Origin: Candidatus Geothermarchaeota archaeon
GTDB taxonomy: Archaea > Thermoproteota > Nitrososphaeria > Geothermarchaeales > JDFR-13
Length of the DNA stretch: 64,000 nucleotides
Reading direction: 5' to 3'
Assembly (NCBI GenBank): GCA_015523545.1
Contig: WAKB01000001.1
Location: 66,159 to 130,158, forward strand
This document shows, piece after piece, positions 53,243 through 63,549 of this stretch. Within the stretch, counting starts at the first letter, position 1; each line of letters opens with the position of its first letter. Made by a program: the position numbers and the translations under genes. The notes beneath the pieces are model-generated. The model saw nothing but the letters and a program-made list of their open reading frames with translations. It searched no databases and was not told the origin of the DNA.

Positions 53243-55565
53243 GATAGTTCACTATGTAGACCACTCCAAGAACTAGTAGGAATACTACTAGTATATTCCC
53301 ACTGATTAGAGAGTCTACTGGCCTTAGGGGCTCTACATAGCCGATAGCAGTAGCACCACTCCTGGATATTAGATCCGCCAGGAACAGCCCCACTCCAAAC
53401 GCTAGTGGAGCTGCTAGAGGGATTATAAGTATCAGTTGCAGGGCGTTCAGACCGGCTATCAAGCCGTTACCCATACCGAGACTCTTCATGATGGCGAGTT
53501 CCTTGTTACGGGCTTCCGAATCAACGGAGTAGATCGATGATAGGCTTATCAGGCTGGCTACTAGGAGGGCGAATACTATACCTGTGTTTAGCCCCAGTAT
53601 GAAGTTCATCATGAACTGGATATTATCGATGATCTCCTCTTTAGTCACGTAGTCCACGGAGACGAGTGGGTTCTCCTCTATCGCCTCCTTAACCTCCTCA
53701 GAGACCTCCTCAGGGTCTCCAGAGACATCGAGGTATGCCACTAGGGAACGCCTCCCAAGCTCCTCCTCAGGGGTGTCCGTCATGAGTATGTGCTGTTCCG
53801 GGGTGACGAGTAGGTAGTAACCGTTGTTAAGCCTCGAGATTGATATGCCGACTACCTCGAGCCTATATATGTCTCCGTCGATCGATGCCTCCAGATAGTC
53901 ACCCACATCCACACCTTTGAGGAGGGCTAGGCTCCTCGATATGACGGCCTCTCCAAGGCCTCTTGGATATCTGCCCTTCTCAAGTGGGAATGCCACACTT
54001 GGATCTCCAGCAAGGCCGGTGACTATCTGGGACACCTCTACCTGGCCAAAGACATCTAGAATAGTCTCCCTAGCTATCAGGTAGTAGCCGATAACATTAT
54101 CATTACTGGACACAGCCTCCTCCACTATCGATGGCAGGTCGTCCAGGACTATACCTGATGTGGTGGATACGAATAGGTTTGTGTCGAAGGGAATATCTCC
54201 CCGGTAATTCTCAACGATCCCGTGTAGGCCATAGGCCTCCATGTTCAGGGCTGCAACCGCCCCCCAGAGAATCACTATACTCAGTAATACCCCTACGAAT
54301 TTCCATGGCCTTGAGAAGAGGTCCCTCACACCTATGTTTATAGATGTTCTCAGGAGCCTGAGCCTAATCGGTGTCCTCACTGAGTAGAGCCCAGTTGTCG
54401 ATATGGATCTAACTATGTTTACCGAGGAGGCTATCGCGAAGGGTATCAACGCGCCTAGGCCAACCATCCCCATCACGATCAGGGTAATGGAGGCAATAAC
54501 ATCCTCACCAGCATAGAAGCCCAGGGTCGAGATCAGTATCTCAGCAATCTCCGAGTCCCTAACTATGAAGTTTACATAGATATACTCGGCGGCCATGGGG
54601 GCGAAGGCTACCCCGAGTAGCGTGCCTATCAAGCCCCTCACGATCCATGGGAGGCTGTAATACTTGAATATACCCGCCCTAGACATGCCCATCGACTTAA
54701 GCGTCGCGACTATCTTAACCTCCCTGATGACTAGGGTTGAGCCCGCCGAGGCTACCAGTAGGGGGATAAGGCCTATCACTATGGAGATGGGTATGGTTAG
54801 GATCGTGGATGCGCTCTCTAGGAGAACCACGACGGGGTTCGTCTCCTTCTTATTGACGAGGGTGAAGAAGTGCCTATACCCGTTCTCATCGACCAGGGCC
54901 TCGAGCCTCTCAGCTAGACGATCCAGATCAATATCGGAGTCGGGGTCTACATATACCCCTATCACAATCGCCCTATCACCAACCAACTGGTCGATAAACT
55001 CCTTGTCGAGGATTAGGGCATGGGACATGCCACCTAGGTGGGCGAATCCTCGGGCTACACCTACTATCTCAACAGTGGTGTTAACCTGCCTACCATCTGG
55101 TGAGACGGCGAAGATCTCTACCCTATCCCCAATCTCTAGGAGCCTCTCACCACCTGGTGAGGGGCCTGTCAAGGCGTAGTAGAAGACCGCCTCCCCGGTA
55201 TCCATAGGCATCGAACCGTTAAGGTCGAAGACCGTTAGGGGCTCGACATATCTCTCATCTGTGAGGCTCACCGCATATTTAGACCCGTTTATCTCGATAT
55301 CGCCGAACCAGACCTTGTATGACTTAACCGTATCAACACCAGCCTCCTCCCTAACAGTATCGACAAAGTCCAGTGGGAAGACCCCGAATATAGCGACGTC
55401 ACCGATCACCGCTCTGAACTGTTTATAGGCATGCTCTGACATGTTCTCCGCCAGTATGACGAGTGAGCCGTAGGACATTATCGAGACGAAGATGAGGAGT
55501 ATGATTGAGATGGTCTCTACCTTCCTCCTATATACTAGGCGGAGCCCTCCCTTGGCAATAGTCAT
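53196..55565 (-). CDS. MacB-like ABC permease with two FtsX domains and large extracytoplasmic loops
   Basis: 789 aa with two 4-helix FtsX-type bundles. Its start overlaps the upstream ATPase stop by 4 nt. Confidence 0.8.
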   Translation of the reverse strand: MTIAKGGLRLVYRRKVETISIILLIFVSIMSYGSLVILAENMSEHAYKQFRAVIGDVAIFGVFPLDFVDTVREEAGVDTVKSYKVWFGDIEINGSKYAVSLTDERYVEPLTVFDLNGSMPMDTGEAVFYYALTGPSPGGERLLEIGDRVEIFAVSPDGRQVNTTVEIVGVARGFAHLGGMSHALILDKEFIDQLVGDRAIVIGVYVDPDSDIDLDRLAERLEALVDENGYRHFFTLVNKKETNPVVVLLESASTILTIPISIVIGLIPLLVASAGSTLVIREVKIVATLKSMGMSRAGIFKYYSLPWIVRGLIGTLLGVAFAPMAAEYIYVNFIVRDSEIAEILISTLGFYAGEDVIASITLIVMGMVGLGALIPFAIASSVNIVRSISTTGLYSVRTPIRLRLLRTSINIGVRDLFSRPWKFVGVLLSIVILWGAVAALNMEAYGLHGIVENYRGDIPFDTNLFVSTTSGIVLDDLPSIVEEAVSSNDNVIGYYLIARETILDVFGQVEVSQIVTGLAGDPSVAFPLEKGRYPRGLGEAVISRSLALLKGVDVGDYLEASIDGDIYRLEVVGISISRLNNGYYLLVTPEQHILMTDTPEEELGRRSLVAYLDVSGDPEEVSEEVKEAIEENPLVSVDYVTKEEIIDNIQFMMNFILGLNTGIVFALLVASLISLSSIYSVDSEARNKELAIMKSLGMGNGLIAGLNALQLILIIPLAAPLAFGVGLFLADLISRSGATAIGYVEPLRPVDSLISGNILVVFLLVLGVVYIVNYLKVRRLDVVRVIQEI

Positions 55566-56230
55566 TGCAGGACACCGTCCCTGATCGAGATGATCCTATC
55601 TGCATAGCTGGCTAGCTGGGTGTCGTGAGTAGCAAAGACTACTGTCTTGCCCAGCTCCCTAGCCTTCTTGAGAAGCTCTACTATACGCAGTTTATTTGTA
55701 TAGTCCAGGTTGGCTGTGGGCTCATCAGCGAGTATCAGCTTGGGATCCCCTGCAAGGGCCCTGGCTATAGCTACCCTCTGCTGCTCCCCACCGCTCAGCT
55801 CGGAGGGGAAGCGGTCCATCTTATCCCCAAGCCCCACAAATTCTAGGAGCTCCCTAGCCTTCTCCATCCTCTCCTTCTTGGGTAGACCCGCGAGCTCGGC
55901 CTGTAGGAGTACGTTCTCATAGGCAGTCAACACAGGTATTAGGTGGAAGAACTGGAAGACTATACCTACGTTACGCCTCCTCCACATAGCTAGGCGTGAG
56001 TCTGAGAGGCCCGTGATATCCTCCCCACCGACACTTATAGAGCCCTTGGTAGGCCTGTCAAGCCCACCTATCAGGTATAGGAGCGTAGACTTCCCTGACC
56101 CGCTGGGGCCTACGAGGGCTACAAACTCGGACTCGCCTATATCTAGGGAGACGCCCCTCAGGGCAGGGACAACCACCTTACCGATCCTATACTCCTTCCA
56201 GACATCCCTTACCTCAACCATAGCCCCCAT
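55562..56230 (-). CDS. ABC transporter ATP-binding protein (MacB/LolD type)
   Basis: Contains [24 protein letters not shown] and LILADEPT. Confidence 0.92.
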   Translation of the reverse strand: MGAMVEVRDVWKEYRIGKVVVPALRGVSLDIGESEFVALVGPSGSGKSTLLYLIGGLDRPTKGSISVGGEDITGLSDSRLAMWRRRNVGIVFQFFHLIPVLTAYENVLLQAELAGLPKKERMEKARELLEFVGLGDKMDRFPSELSGGEQQRVAIARALAGDPKLILADEPTANLDYTNKLRIVELLKKARELGKTVVFATHDTQLASYADRIISIRDGVLQ

Positions 56231-56339
56231 GGCACAACCCCCAGCGGAGTATTCACTAAACCCAATGGCTACACGGATTATCTAGCCTAATATATATCCC
56301 TCTCAGACATCAAGTTGATTAAAGCCAAGGTAGGTCGTC

Positions 56340-56942
56340 ATGGCTAGGTACCTAATCCTAGGGGGTGGGGAGCCTAGATACACATATATCCTCATGGGTA
56401 TCAGTATAGGGGCATACATAGCCGGGGCCATAGCCTCGGGTAACCCTCTACAGATCTATAGGAGTGGATACTTCTATCTATACGCCTTCACCAAGACCGT
56501 ATTCGGAGGAATCTATCCATGGCAGCTCGTCACGTCCCTATTCATCCACCTCGACATCATACACATCATGTTCAACATGTTCTTCCTATTCCTACTAGGG
56601 ACACAGCTAGAGAGATTGGCGGGGAGCACTAAGCTCCTAGAGGTATACCTCATCTCGGGACTGGCTGGGAACATCCTCAGCCTACTAATGGCGCCTGGGG
56701 TCATAGTAGCCGGTGCAAGCGGGGCAATATTTGGGATCTTCGGCTACCTCATAATGTTCTCAGGAACCCTCGGTGGCCAGATAAGGACTATGCTGCTCTA
56801 CGCACTATTCATATTCCTGATAAACTCCCTGATACCAGGTGTCGATATAGCCGGGCATCTGGGAGGCCTCTTCGCAGGCCTCGTTCTAGGCTACATGGAT
56901 GGTAGGAGGTTAATATCAGAGATCCGCCGTTTCAGGTTTTAG
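56340..56942 (+). CDS. rhomboid family intramembrane serine protease
   Basis: Contains HLDIIHIMFNM, the catalytic motif GASGAIFG, and the downstream AGHLGG. Confidence 0.88.
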   Translation: MARYLILGGGEPRYTYILMGISIGAYIAGAIASGNPLQIYRSGYFYLYAFTKTVFGGIYPWQLVTSLFIHLDIIHIMFNMFFLFLLGTQLERLAGSTKLLEVYLISGLAGNILSLLMAPGVIVAGASGAIFGIFGYLIMFSGTLGGQIRTMLLYALFIFLINSLIPGVDIAGHLGGLFAGLVLGYMDGRRLISEIRRFRF

Positions 56943-56950
56943 ACACGGCT

Positions 56951-57850
56951 ATGAAGATCCTCTCGATCGACGGTGGGGGGAGCAAGACAGAGATACTCCT
57001 ATGGGAAGACGGGGAGGCCCATCTCGAGAGGCTTGAGGCCGGGATAAACCACCACATCCATGGAGGCGATGCAACGAGGAGGCTCCTCGGAATACTCGAT
57101 AGGTATGAGGCCGATATCGTCGTCCTGGGGCTGGCGGGCCTCGACACACCCAGGGACTGGATGCATTGGAGAGAGGCCCTAGGCGAGAGGTATGGCAGGG
57201 ACATCATCCTCGTCCACGACGTTGATATGGCCCTCTACGCAGGCGAGGGTAGGGGTGTTGGGATAGTCGTCATCTCAGGGACTGGATCGAATGTATACGC
57301 TAGGAATGGTGACGGGTGGCTCAAGATGGGGGACTGGGGCTCCCCCTATGGAGACGACTACTCCGCCCATGAGCTTGGCAGAATAGTCCTCAGGAGGTTC
57401 CTAAGGATGTATGACGGCAGGGCCCCAAGAACCGCGCTCTACGAATACCTGATGGATAGGCTTGGCCCCAGCCCGGTCGACACGATATATGACTTAGACA
57501 TACCCAGCGTGGCAAGGATAGGCGTGGAGACATGCATAGAGATGCCTAATGAGGTGATAGATGCCCTGGAGGAGATAGCCTATGGACTGGCCAGAACCGC
57601 CCAACTAGCTGCTGAGAGGCTGGGACTGTTAGACGCCAGGATCCACTACACCGGTGGGCTCTTTAGATGCCGGTTATACGCCAAGCTCTTCAAGAAGCAT
57701 ATTAGGTATAGGGGGCTAATACTAGGTAGGTATATAGGCCACCCCGTAGTAGGTGGGGTGGCGATGGCCCTCGAGAAGATGGGGCGACCAGTCGATCCAA
57801 GAATTATTGAGGAGCTGGATAAGAGGCTTGATCACTATGAGCAGGGCTAG
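56951..57850 (+). CDS. BadF/BadG/BcrA/BcrD-type ATPase (N-acetylglucosamine kinase-like)
   Basis: ILSIDGGGSKTE phosphate-1 motif and ISGTGS, with ASKHA-fold layout. Confidence 0.75.
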   Translation: MKILSIDGGGSKTEILLWEDGEAHLERLEAGINHHIHGGDATRRLLGILDRYEADIVVLGLAGLDTPRDWMHWREALGERYGRDIILVHDVDMALYAGEGRGVGIVVISGTGSNVYARNGDGWLKMGDWGSPYGDDYSAHELGRIVLRRFLRMYDGRAPRTALYEYLMDRLGPSPVDTIYDLDIPSVARIGVETCIEMPNEVIDALEEIAYGLARTAQLAAERLGLLDARIHYTGGLFRCRLYAKLFKKHIRYRGLILGRYIGHPVVGGVAMALEKMGRPVDPRIIEELDKRLDHYEQG

Positions 57851-58382
57851 GATGGCTGGCTACACGGCCTACACCGTGATATTCTTACTAGGCATCCTAC
57901 TCGGGGGTGGGATGCCGGGCGAGGCTATGGAGCTTGTCAGACTCATATTCGGAGAGGGTGGTGAAGAGACCCTCGAGCCCTATACACCCATACTCCTCAT
58001 AACAATTTTCCTGAGGAACCTTGCAACCGCTACATTGATACTTGCATCAGCCCCCTTCGCAGGACTACTCCCCGGCGTGATACTACTCCTCAACGGCTTC
58101 ATAGTCGGCGGCGTCGTGACATACTCAGTCACAGAGATGGGTAGGACACCCCTAGAGGTAGCCGCCCTCCTACTCCCACACGGAATAGTCGAGATACCCA
58201 CCCTAATCTATGCATCGACCCTGAGCCTAGAGGCGGGTCTAAAGATAGTTAGGGGATTGTTCACAAGGGAGGACGGCGAGGCCCTACTCAGGAGCTACGT
58301 CAGGGTCATACTACCCCTTATATTCATAGCCGCATTGATAGAGACATTTATAACCCCATGGATAGCCTCCCAAGCGGTGTAG
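57837..58382 (+). CDS. SpoIIM/DUF95-like membrane protein
   Basis: Pattern LLLNGFIVGG ... LLLPHGIVEIPTLIYAS. The start is probably ATG 57837 or 57852. The 57753 start would overlap the upstream gene by about 100 nt. Confidence 0.7.
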   Translation: MSRARMAGYTAYTVIFLLGILLGGGMPGEAMELVRLIFGEGGEETLEPYTPILLITIFLRNLATATLILASAPFAGLLPGVILLLNGFIVGGVVTYSVTEMGRTPLEVAALLLPHGIVEIPTLIYASTLSLEAGLKIVRGLFTREDGEALLRSYVRVILPLIFIAALIETFITPWIASQAV

Positions 58383-58386
58383 AACA

Positions 58387-59532
58387 TTGCTCAGGATAAC
58401 GAGGAACAAGAACCTCAGGGTAATGGCCATCTTCTACCTCGTCATGGGCCTAGTAATGGGCTTCGCAGCCCCATTAATACCCAGCCTGGTTATAGATGTG
58501 GGGCTCACCTTCACAGAGCTGGGTGGGGCCTCGTCACTCGCCGCACTACTGGCCGGGCTCGGACTCCCAGTCCTAGGATACCTGGGGGACAAGTATGGTA
58601 AGAAGAAGATGCTCATCCTAGCCACCGGGATAAGGATCTCCGCCTTAGCCATCTTCGCCGCCACGATGGATAGGGAGCTTATACTCCTGGCCTACATGCT
58701 CAACGAGCTCGGATTCATACTATACCTACCCTTCGCCAGAGCAGTCGTCAGCGAGGCAGCGGGTAAGGAGGAGATGGGTAGGGCCTACGGAGAATTGATA
58801 ACCATAGTGAGCTTCACCGAGGTGGTGGCACCACTCATCTCCGGCCAGATCTACAGGTTTGTACAGGACTATAACGCCATGTTCCTACCACTATTCCTAG
58901 CCAGCGTAGGAGCTACACCAATCCTCCTCCTACTAGACGAGGTCAAGGCTGAGAAGCCTATACACCCGAGGGAGATATTGAGGCTATCCAAGATGGAGAG
59001 GAGGGTCTACATACCAGCCATACTAGAGGCGGTTGCATGGAGGGTATGGATCTTCCTACTATATACTGCTCCTAAGGATAGGCTCGGTATAGGGCCCGAC
59101 TTCATAGGGATAGCCTATACAGCCCAGAGCGGGGCGTGGTTCCTCACCCAGTACGTAGCGGGCCACCTGACGGACAGGGTGGGGGCCAAGAAAATGTATA
59201 TAGTCTCCGACTCACTCATGATCCCGATGGCGCTACTCTACATCTTCTACATGTCTGAGGCCACCGTACTGATCAACGCCGCCCTATTCGGCCTAAGCAT
59301 CTCACTATGGATACCAGCCTTCAACAGGGTCGTCTTCGAGGCATCCACCCAGGAGACCAGGGCACTGACATATTCAAAGGTCGATAGCTTCCGATACCTA
59401 GCAAGTACGCCAGCCGCCCAGATAGGGGGTATGATGTATGAGGGGCTGGACCCTGCATCCCCCTTTATACTAGGAATCGCCCTGGTGGCTATAGATATAT
59501 ACCTAGAGTATAGGTTATTCCCCGATGTATAG
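58387..59532 (+). CDS. MFS transporter
   Basis: 381 aa with about 10-12 helices and the loop GYLGDKYGKKKM between TM2 and TM3. TTG start. Confidence 0.75.
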   Translation: MLRITRNKNLRVMAIFYLVMGLVMGFAAPLIPSLVIDVGLTFTELGGASSLAALLAGLGLPVLGYLGDKYGKKKMLILATGIRISALAIFAATMDRELILLAYMLNELGFILYLPFARAVVSEAAGKEEMGRAYGELITIVSFTEVVAPLISGQIYRFVQDYNAMFLPLFLASVGATPILLLLDEVKAEKPIHPREILRLSKMERRVYIPAILEAVAWRVWIFLLYTAPKDRLGIGPDFIGIAYTAQSGAWFLTQYVAGHLTDRVGAKKMYIVSDSLMIPMALLYIFYMSEATVLINAALFGLSISLWIPAFNRVVFEASTQETRALTYSKVDSFRYLASTPAAQIGGMMYEGLDPASPFILGIALVAIDIYLEYRLFPDV

Positions 59533-59546
59533 CCAATTATTAAGGG

Positions 59547-60776
59547 ATGATGGGGAGAGACCCGATAGACGAGATCAGGGGGACATATGGAGACGAGCTG
59601 AGGGATAGGAGGATCATGCTAGTTGTGACCGGGAGCATCTCAGCATATAAGGCTCCCGATATAGCTAGGGAGCTGATTAGGCATGGGGCAGAGGTCTACA
59701 TAGTGGCGAGCCAAGACGCCCTGAGATTCGCCGCTAGGGATACCCTGGCATGGAGCGTGGGTGGTAGGCTGATAACCGAGATGTCATACCTAGCAGAACA
59801 TATATACCTACTCAGGGATGCGGACCTCCTCCTAGTGGCGCCTGCAACGGCCAACACAGTGGCGAAGGCCGCCTATGGAGTTGCCGATACACCTGCGACA
59901 CTGGCTATACACTCTGCACTGGGGTATGGGAAGAAGGTCTTGATAGCCCCTGTGATGCATCTAAACATGATGGAGAACCCTCTGTATAGGGAGGCTGTGG
60001 AGAGGCTTAGGAGGATGGGGGCAGTATTCATAGATCCCCTCGTCGAGGAGGAGAAGGCTAAGCTACCACCCACTAGGGACATCAAGATGGAGGTCTTCAG
60101 AGCGCTATACCCAGACATATTATCGGGGAGAAAGGTCGTCGTCACGGCTGGCCCCACCATAGAGTATATCGACCCGGTCAGGATAATCACGAATAAGAGT
60201 AGTGGCAAGATGGGTGTCTACATAGCTGAGGAGGCCTACCTAATGGGGGCAGAGGTCACCCTGATACACGGGCCTATAAGGGTCGAGCCATATAGAAAGC
60301 TGGATAGGATACCTGTCGAGACTACTGAGGAGATGCTGGAAGCCACTATCGAGGCCCTCGAGGGGGCAGACATATTCATAAGCGCAGCGGCACCAGTGGA
60401 CTATAGGCCAGCCCTCCAGTGGGAGGAGAAGATAGATACCCGTAGCACGGGTGGGCTGGATCTCGAGCTAGTTCTGACACCCAAGATCGTGGCCGAGGCC
60501 AGGGAGAGGTTTCCCGACCTATACATAGTGAGCTTCAAGGCCCTGTACAACGTGGGTGACGAGGAGCTTATAAGAGCGGCGGCTGAGCATGCCAGGAGAT
60601 ATGGGTTCAACCTAACAGTGGCGAATGACGTGGCGCGTGAAGGGGCTGGGTTCCAGCACGAGACAAACGAGGTCTTCATAGTCGGTAAGAGTGGCGAGCT
60701 TGTGAAGAGGCTCAGGGGGCATAAGAGGGTCTTGGCTAGGGAGCTACTCAGGATTATAGCGGGAGAGCTGGGATAG
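59547..60776 (+). CDS. coaBC: bifunctional phosphopantothenoylcysteine decarboxylase / phosphopantothenate-cysteine ligase
   Basis: The flavoprotein domain has LVVTGSISAYKAPD and PATANT. The CoaB domain has VVVTAGPTIEYIDPVRIITNKSSGKMG. Confidence 0.92.
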   Translation: MMGRDPIDEIRGTYGDELRDRRIMLVVTGSISAYKAPDIARELIRHGAEVYIVASQDALRFAARDTLAWSVGGRLITEMSYLAEHIYLLRDADLLLVAPATANTVAKAAYGVADTPATLAIHSALGYGKKVLIAPVMHLNMMENPLYREAVERLRRMGAVFIDPLVEEEKAKLPPTRDIKMEVFRALYPDILSGRKVVVTAGPTIEYIDPVRIITNKSSGKMGVYIAEEAYLMGAEVTLIHGPIRVEPYRKLDRIPVETTEEMLEATIEALEGADIFISAAAPVDYRPALQWEEKIDTRSTGGLDLELVLTPKIVAEARERFPDLYIVSFKALYNVGDEELIRAAAEHARRYGFNLTVANDVAREGAGFQHETNEVFIVGKSGELVKRLRGHKRVLARELLRIIAGELG

Positions 60777-61493
60777 CCTATCCCTTATTCGCCTCAAAAC
60801 TGCTCCGAGAACAGCCTCATTATCATATTGAGCCAGTATCTCCCGGGCCTCCTCCCTACTGATCCTCATCATCTCCCTGGTCAGTATTGGGAAGACCCTC
60901 ACAAGGTTATCCACAATGGTTATATCAGAGTTCCTAGCCGTCCTACTCAGGGGGTTTAGATCGATCGATATGACCCTCTTCCCCAGCCTTCTAAGCCCCT
61001 CAGGCATATCTCCATCCTCGATCATCAGCATCACGGTATCTGCGGAGTAGATCCCCATGCTTGATACGAGTCTCCTCCTACTCGATACGGTGGGTATCTC
61101 CACATCATGGTCAGTATATACCGGTACAGATAGTCCTCGGAAGAGCCTAGCTATAGCCTCGACCCTCTCCCTGGAATAGTGGAAGAGGTTTATCTCGATA
61201 GGGATCCCAAACCTCTCGGCGAAACGGGCTATATCCTCATGGGCAAGAGCCGCAGCATTACCATTAACGGCTATAACCGGCCTCTTAGAGAGTTTTAAAA
61301 GGGCTGCTGCAGCCCTATAGGCTGGTTGGGCCTCCTCGGGCGTCTCCTCACCAAGGAGGTAGTCGAAGCACTCCCCCCTGCCATGGGCTATTAGCCCCTG
61401 GGGTACGACGACATCCCCAAGCATACTAACCAGTCGTTCACGTATGACAAGGCTCCTGTATCGGGGGTGGCTAGGGGGGATATCAGTCATCAA
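60744..61493 (-). CDS. archaeal phosphopantothenate synthetase (4-phosphopantoate--beta-alanine ligase)
   Basis: IPPSHPRYRSLVIRERL...GLIAHGRGECFDYLLGE is characteristic of the archaeal PPS (COG1701) family. It is adjacent to the pantoate kinase gene. Confidence 0.8.
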   Translation of the reverse strand: MMTDIPPSHPRYRSLVIRERLVSMLGDVVVPQGLIAHGRGECFDYLLGEETPEEAQPAYRAAAALLKLSKRPVIAVNGNAAALAHEDIARFAERFGIPIEINLFHYSRERVEAIARLFRGLSVPVYTDHDVEIPTVSSRRRLVSSMGIYSADTVMLMIEDGDMPEGLRRLGKRVISIDLNPLSRTARNSDITIVDNLVRVFPILTREMMRISREEAREILAQYDNEAVLGAVLRRIRDRLSQLSRYNPE

Positions 61494-62331
61494 TTATCCT
61501 TAATCCACACCTCGATATTTTAAGAACCTCTGTATAACCCATACCAGAAAGACTATCAGCCACCTCAGGGCCGAGGCCCTTATCAACATAGACTAGGACG
61601 ATATTCTTCTTCCTATGGAACCCGATGAGGGAGCCCCTCCTCATGAAGGTTCTCAGCCTCTCCGCCAATTCATCATGGAGAGTCTTATCCATAAGCCCCG
61701 TTAACAATGAGAATCTTTGACTAGCCTCCACAAACCTCTCTAGACTTGGGTCCTCGAGGAAGTATCTATGTATCTCGGGGCCCACAGCCGAGACCTTCTC
61801 ACCCACCCTCCGGAGCATCTCAGGCGTAGTCTCCGACCCAGTCTCGAGGGCCACCACATCGGGATCACCATCCACCCTGACCGACTCTACAACCGCATGT
61901 CCAGGCCCACCGGGGAAGCGCCTAACCTCGAGTCCACCCCTTATAATGGCTACCACGTCCCCATAGCCAGTCCTGTTTAGAACCTCCGCACTGTGGACAG
62001 CCCTACCAGCCTCCTCCACAGTGTGGACACCAGCTAGGAGGAGGCCAGCCATCGAGAGGCCCGCGCTCATGCCATAGCCAATACCTAGTAGTGGGCGTGA
62101 ATAGGCCTCTATAGCGATGGGCCTGAGCCCTAGATAGGAGAAGCTGTCCAGGTAGGTCTTGAAGACTATACCCTCAGTACCCCAGAAGTATACCCCGGGG
62201 GAGCCGTCTCTCGGGCCTACCCTTATAGGGGTCAGGTTCACCCCGGCGCCTACACTACCAGTCGTCTGGGGGTCATGCCCCTCAACAACATACCAATACC
62301 CAGTCACATGTCTAGGAACCTCTATGATCAT
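61483..62331 (-). CDS. archaeal pantoate kinase (GHMP kinase superfamily)
   Basis: VPRHVTGYWYVV...GSVGAGVNL, plus a GHMP-like Gly-rich loop (GIGYGMSAG). Its stop overlaps the PPS start region by 11 nt. Confidence 0.72.
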   Translation of the reverse strand: MIIEVPRHVTGYWYVVEGHDPQTTGSVGAGVNLTPIRVGPRDGSPGVYFWGTEGIVFKTYLDSFSYLGLRPIAIEAYSRPLLGIGYGMSAGLSMAGLLLAGVHTVEEAGRAVHSAEVLNRTGYGDVVAIIRGGLEVRRFPGGPGHAVVESVRVDGDPDVVALETGSETTPEMLRRVGEKVSAVGPEIHRYFLEDPSLERFVEASQRFSLLTGLMDKTLHDELAERLRTFMRRGSLIGFHRKKNIVLVYVDKGLGPEVADSLSGMGYTEVLKISRCGLRIIDD

Positions 62332-62376
62332 GACTAGAAAGAATATGGTGGTTCTCCAGGAGGTATAAAGAAGTGT

Positions 62377-63540
62377 TTAGTGGGTGGGTGACCTAACGAG
62401 TAGACCGTTCTCCTCGAGCCACCTCACCATGTTCTGGTAGGCCAGTATCCTGGATATCGACTTCCCACCCTTCGGCCCAGGCTTCTTCATGTAGAAGGCA
62501 TTTACCTCGTATATCGTACCTGTGTAGCCAGCGTCCAACGCCAGCCTTCCCAGCCTAGCAAGGTCGACCATGTAGCCAGCCAGTGCCGGGCTATCGTTGA
62601 TCCTCATGTTGACGTAGATACTGTCCCTAACCCCGTTGAAGCTCTTATATTCGATATGTATACTGACGAACTTCTTGTCGCCGAGAGGCTCCAAGTAGCC
62701 CGTGGGCTTGATATAGTGTGGAGCGTCATACCCAAGGATGTCCTCGACGATGCTGCTCTTCGTCTTCTCCTTCATCAGGTTCTTATCCGGATCGGTGAGG
62801 GCGTAGAAGTCTAGGTTACCCCCAATGTTGAACTGGACCACGAACTCGACATACCTATTCCTCTCACTGAGGTGCTCCAATACATCGGCGGTGAAGGGGG
62901 TCGCCCCTGTAGCGCCGTCGTCACCCAGTATCAGTCCACCAGCTTCCCTATACATCTTTACGTAGAGATCGTCATTAGCGAGAGGAGTGGGTATCAGATT
63001 TACGAAGGCGACTGGGCTATGCCTCCTACTATACTCTGCAGCTACATAGGCGTAGAACTGGCCAGCCGATACCCTACCCTCGGCCAGCCTCTCCTCCAAG
63101 ACCTCTATAGACCCTATCTCATAGGCATATTCCGTAGTAATCACGTTGATGATGACGTCGGGCTCCAGCTCCCTCCACTGATCGATCAAGGTCTCCGCAG
63201 CCTCGAGAAGACTCATCCTATAGTCGAGCCCCCTAGATCTGATGCCAAGCCTGTCCAGGTTGCCCAGATGGACACCCTCCAAGACCCTGAGCTTCTTAAG
63301 AGTGTCAGGTATAGGTACAACATCCCCAATCTGCCTCTCTGCAACCTCGTAGACCGTCTTCCCGACCTTAGACTCGTCGACGTCGTATGCAGCCACCACC
63401 TCGATATCAGATATACTCTTCTCCAGCTTACCCGCGAGCGGTACTCCATAAGGCTCTATCTCACCAGCCTTTATCCTCTCAAGCCCCACAACGAAGTGTG
63501 AGGCCGCCATACCCATACCCAGCAATACAACCCTTACCAC
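62377..63540 (-). CDS. myo-inositol-1-phosphate synthase (archaeal short type)
   Basis: 387 aa with an N-terminal Rossmann motif VVLLGMGMAASHFVVG, then LGDDGATGATP and NIGGN. The GTG start is preceded by GGAGGTGGTGA. Confidence 0.88.
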   Translation of the reverse strand: MVRVVLLGMGMAASHFVVGLERIKAGEIEPYGVPLAGKLEKSISDIEVVAAYDVDESKVGKTVYEVAERQIGDVVPIPDTLKKLRVLEGVHLGNLDRLGIRSRGLDYRMSLLEAAETLIDQWRELEPDVIINVITTEYAYEIGSIEVLEERLAEGRVSAGQFYAYVAAEYSRRHSPVAFVNLIPTPLANDDLYVKMYREAGGLILGDDGATGATPFTADVLEHLSERNRYVEFVVQFNIGGNLDFYALTDPDKNLMKEKTKSSIVEDILGYDAPHYIKPTGYLEPLGDKKFVSIHIEYKSFNGVRDSIYVNMRINDSPALAGYMVDLARLGRLALDAGYTGTIYEVNAFYMKKPGPKGGKSISRILAYQNMVRWLEENGLLVRSPTH

Positions 63541-63549
63541 TTCTCACCA

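Noticed and set aside
62872-63501. 209-aa plus-strand ORF
   Set aside because: It lies entirely antisense within the well-supported inositol-1-phosphate synthase gene. It has no motifs and its composition is typical of a shadow frame.
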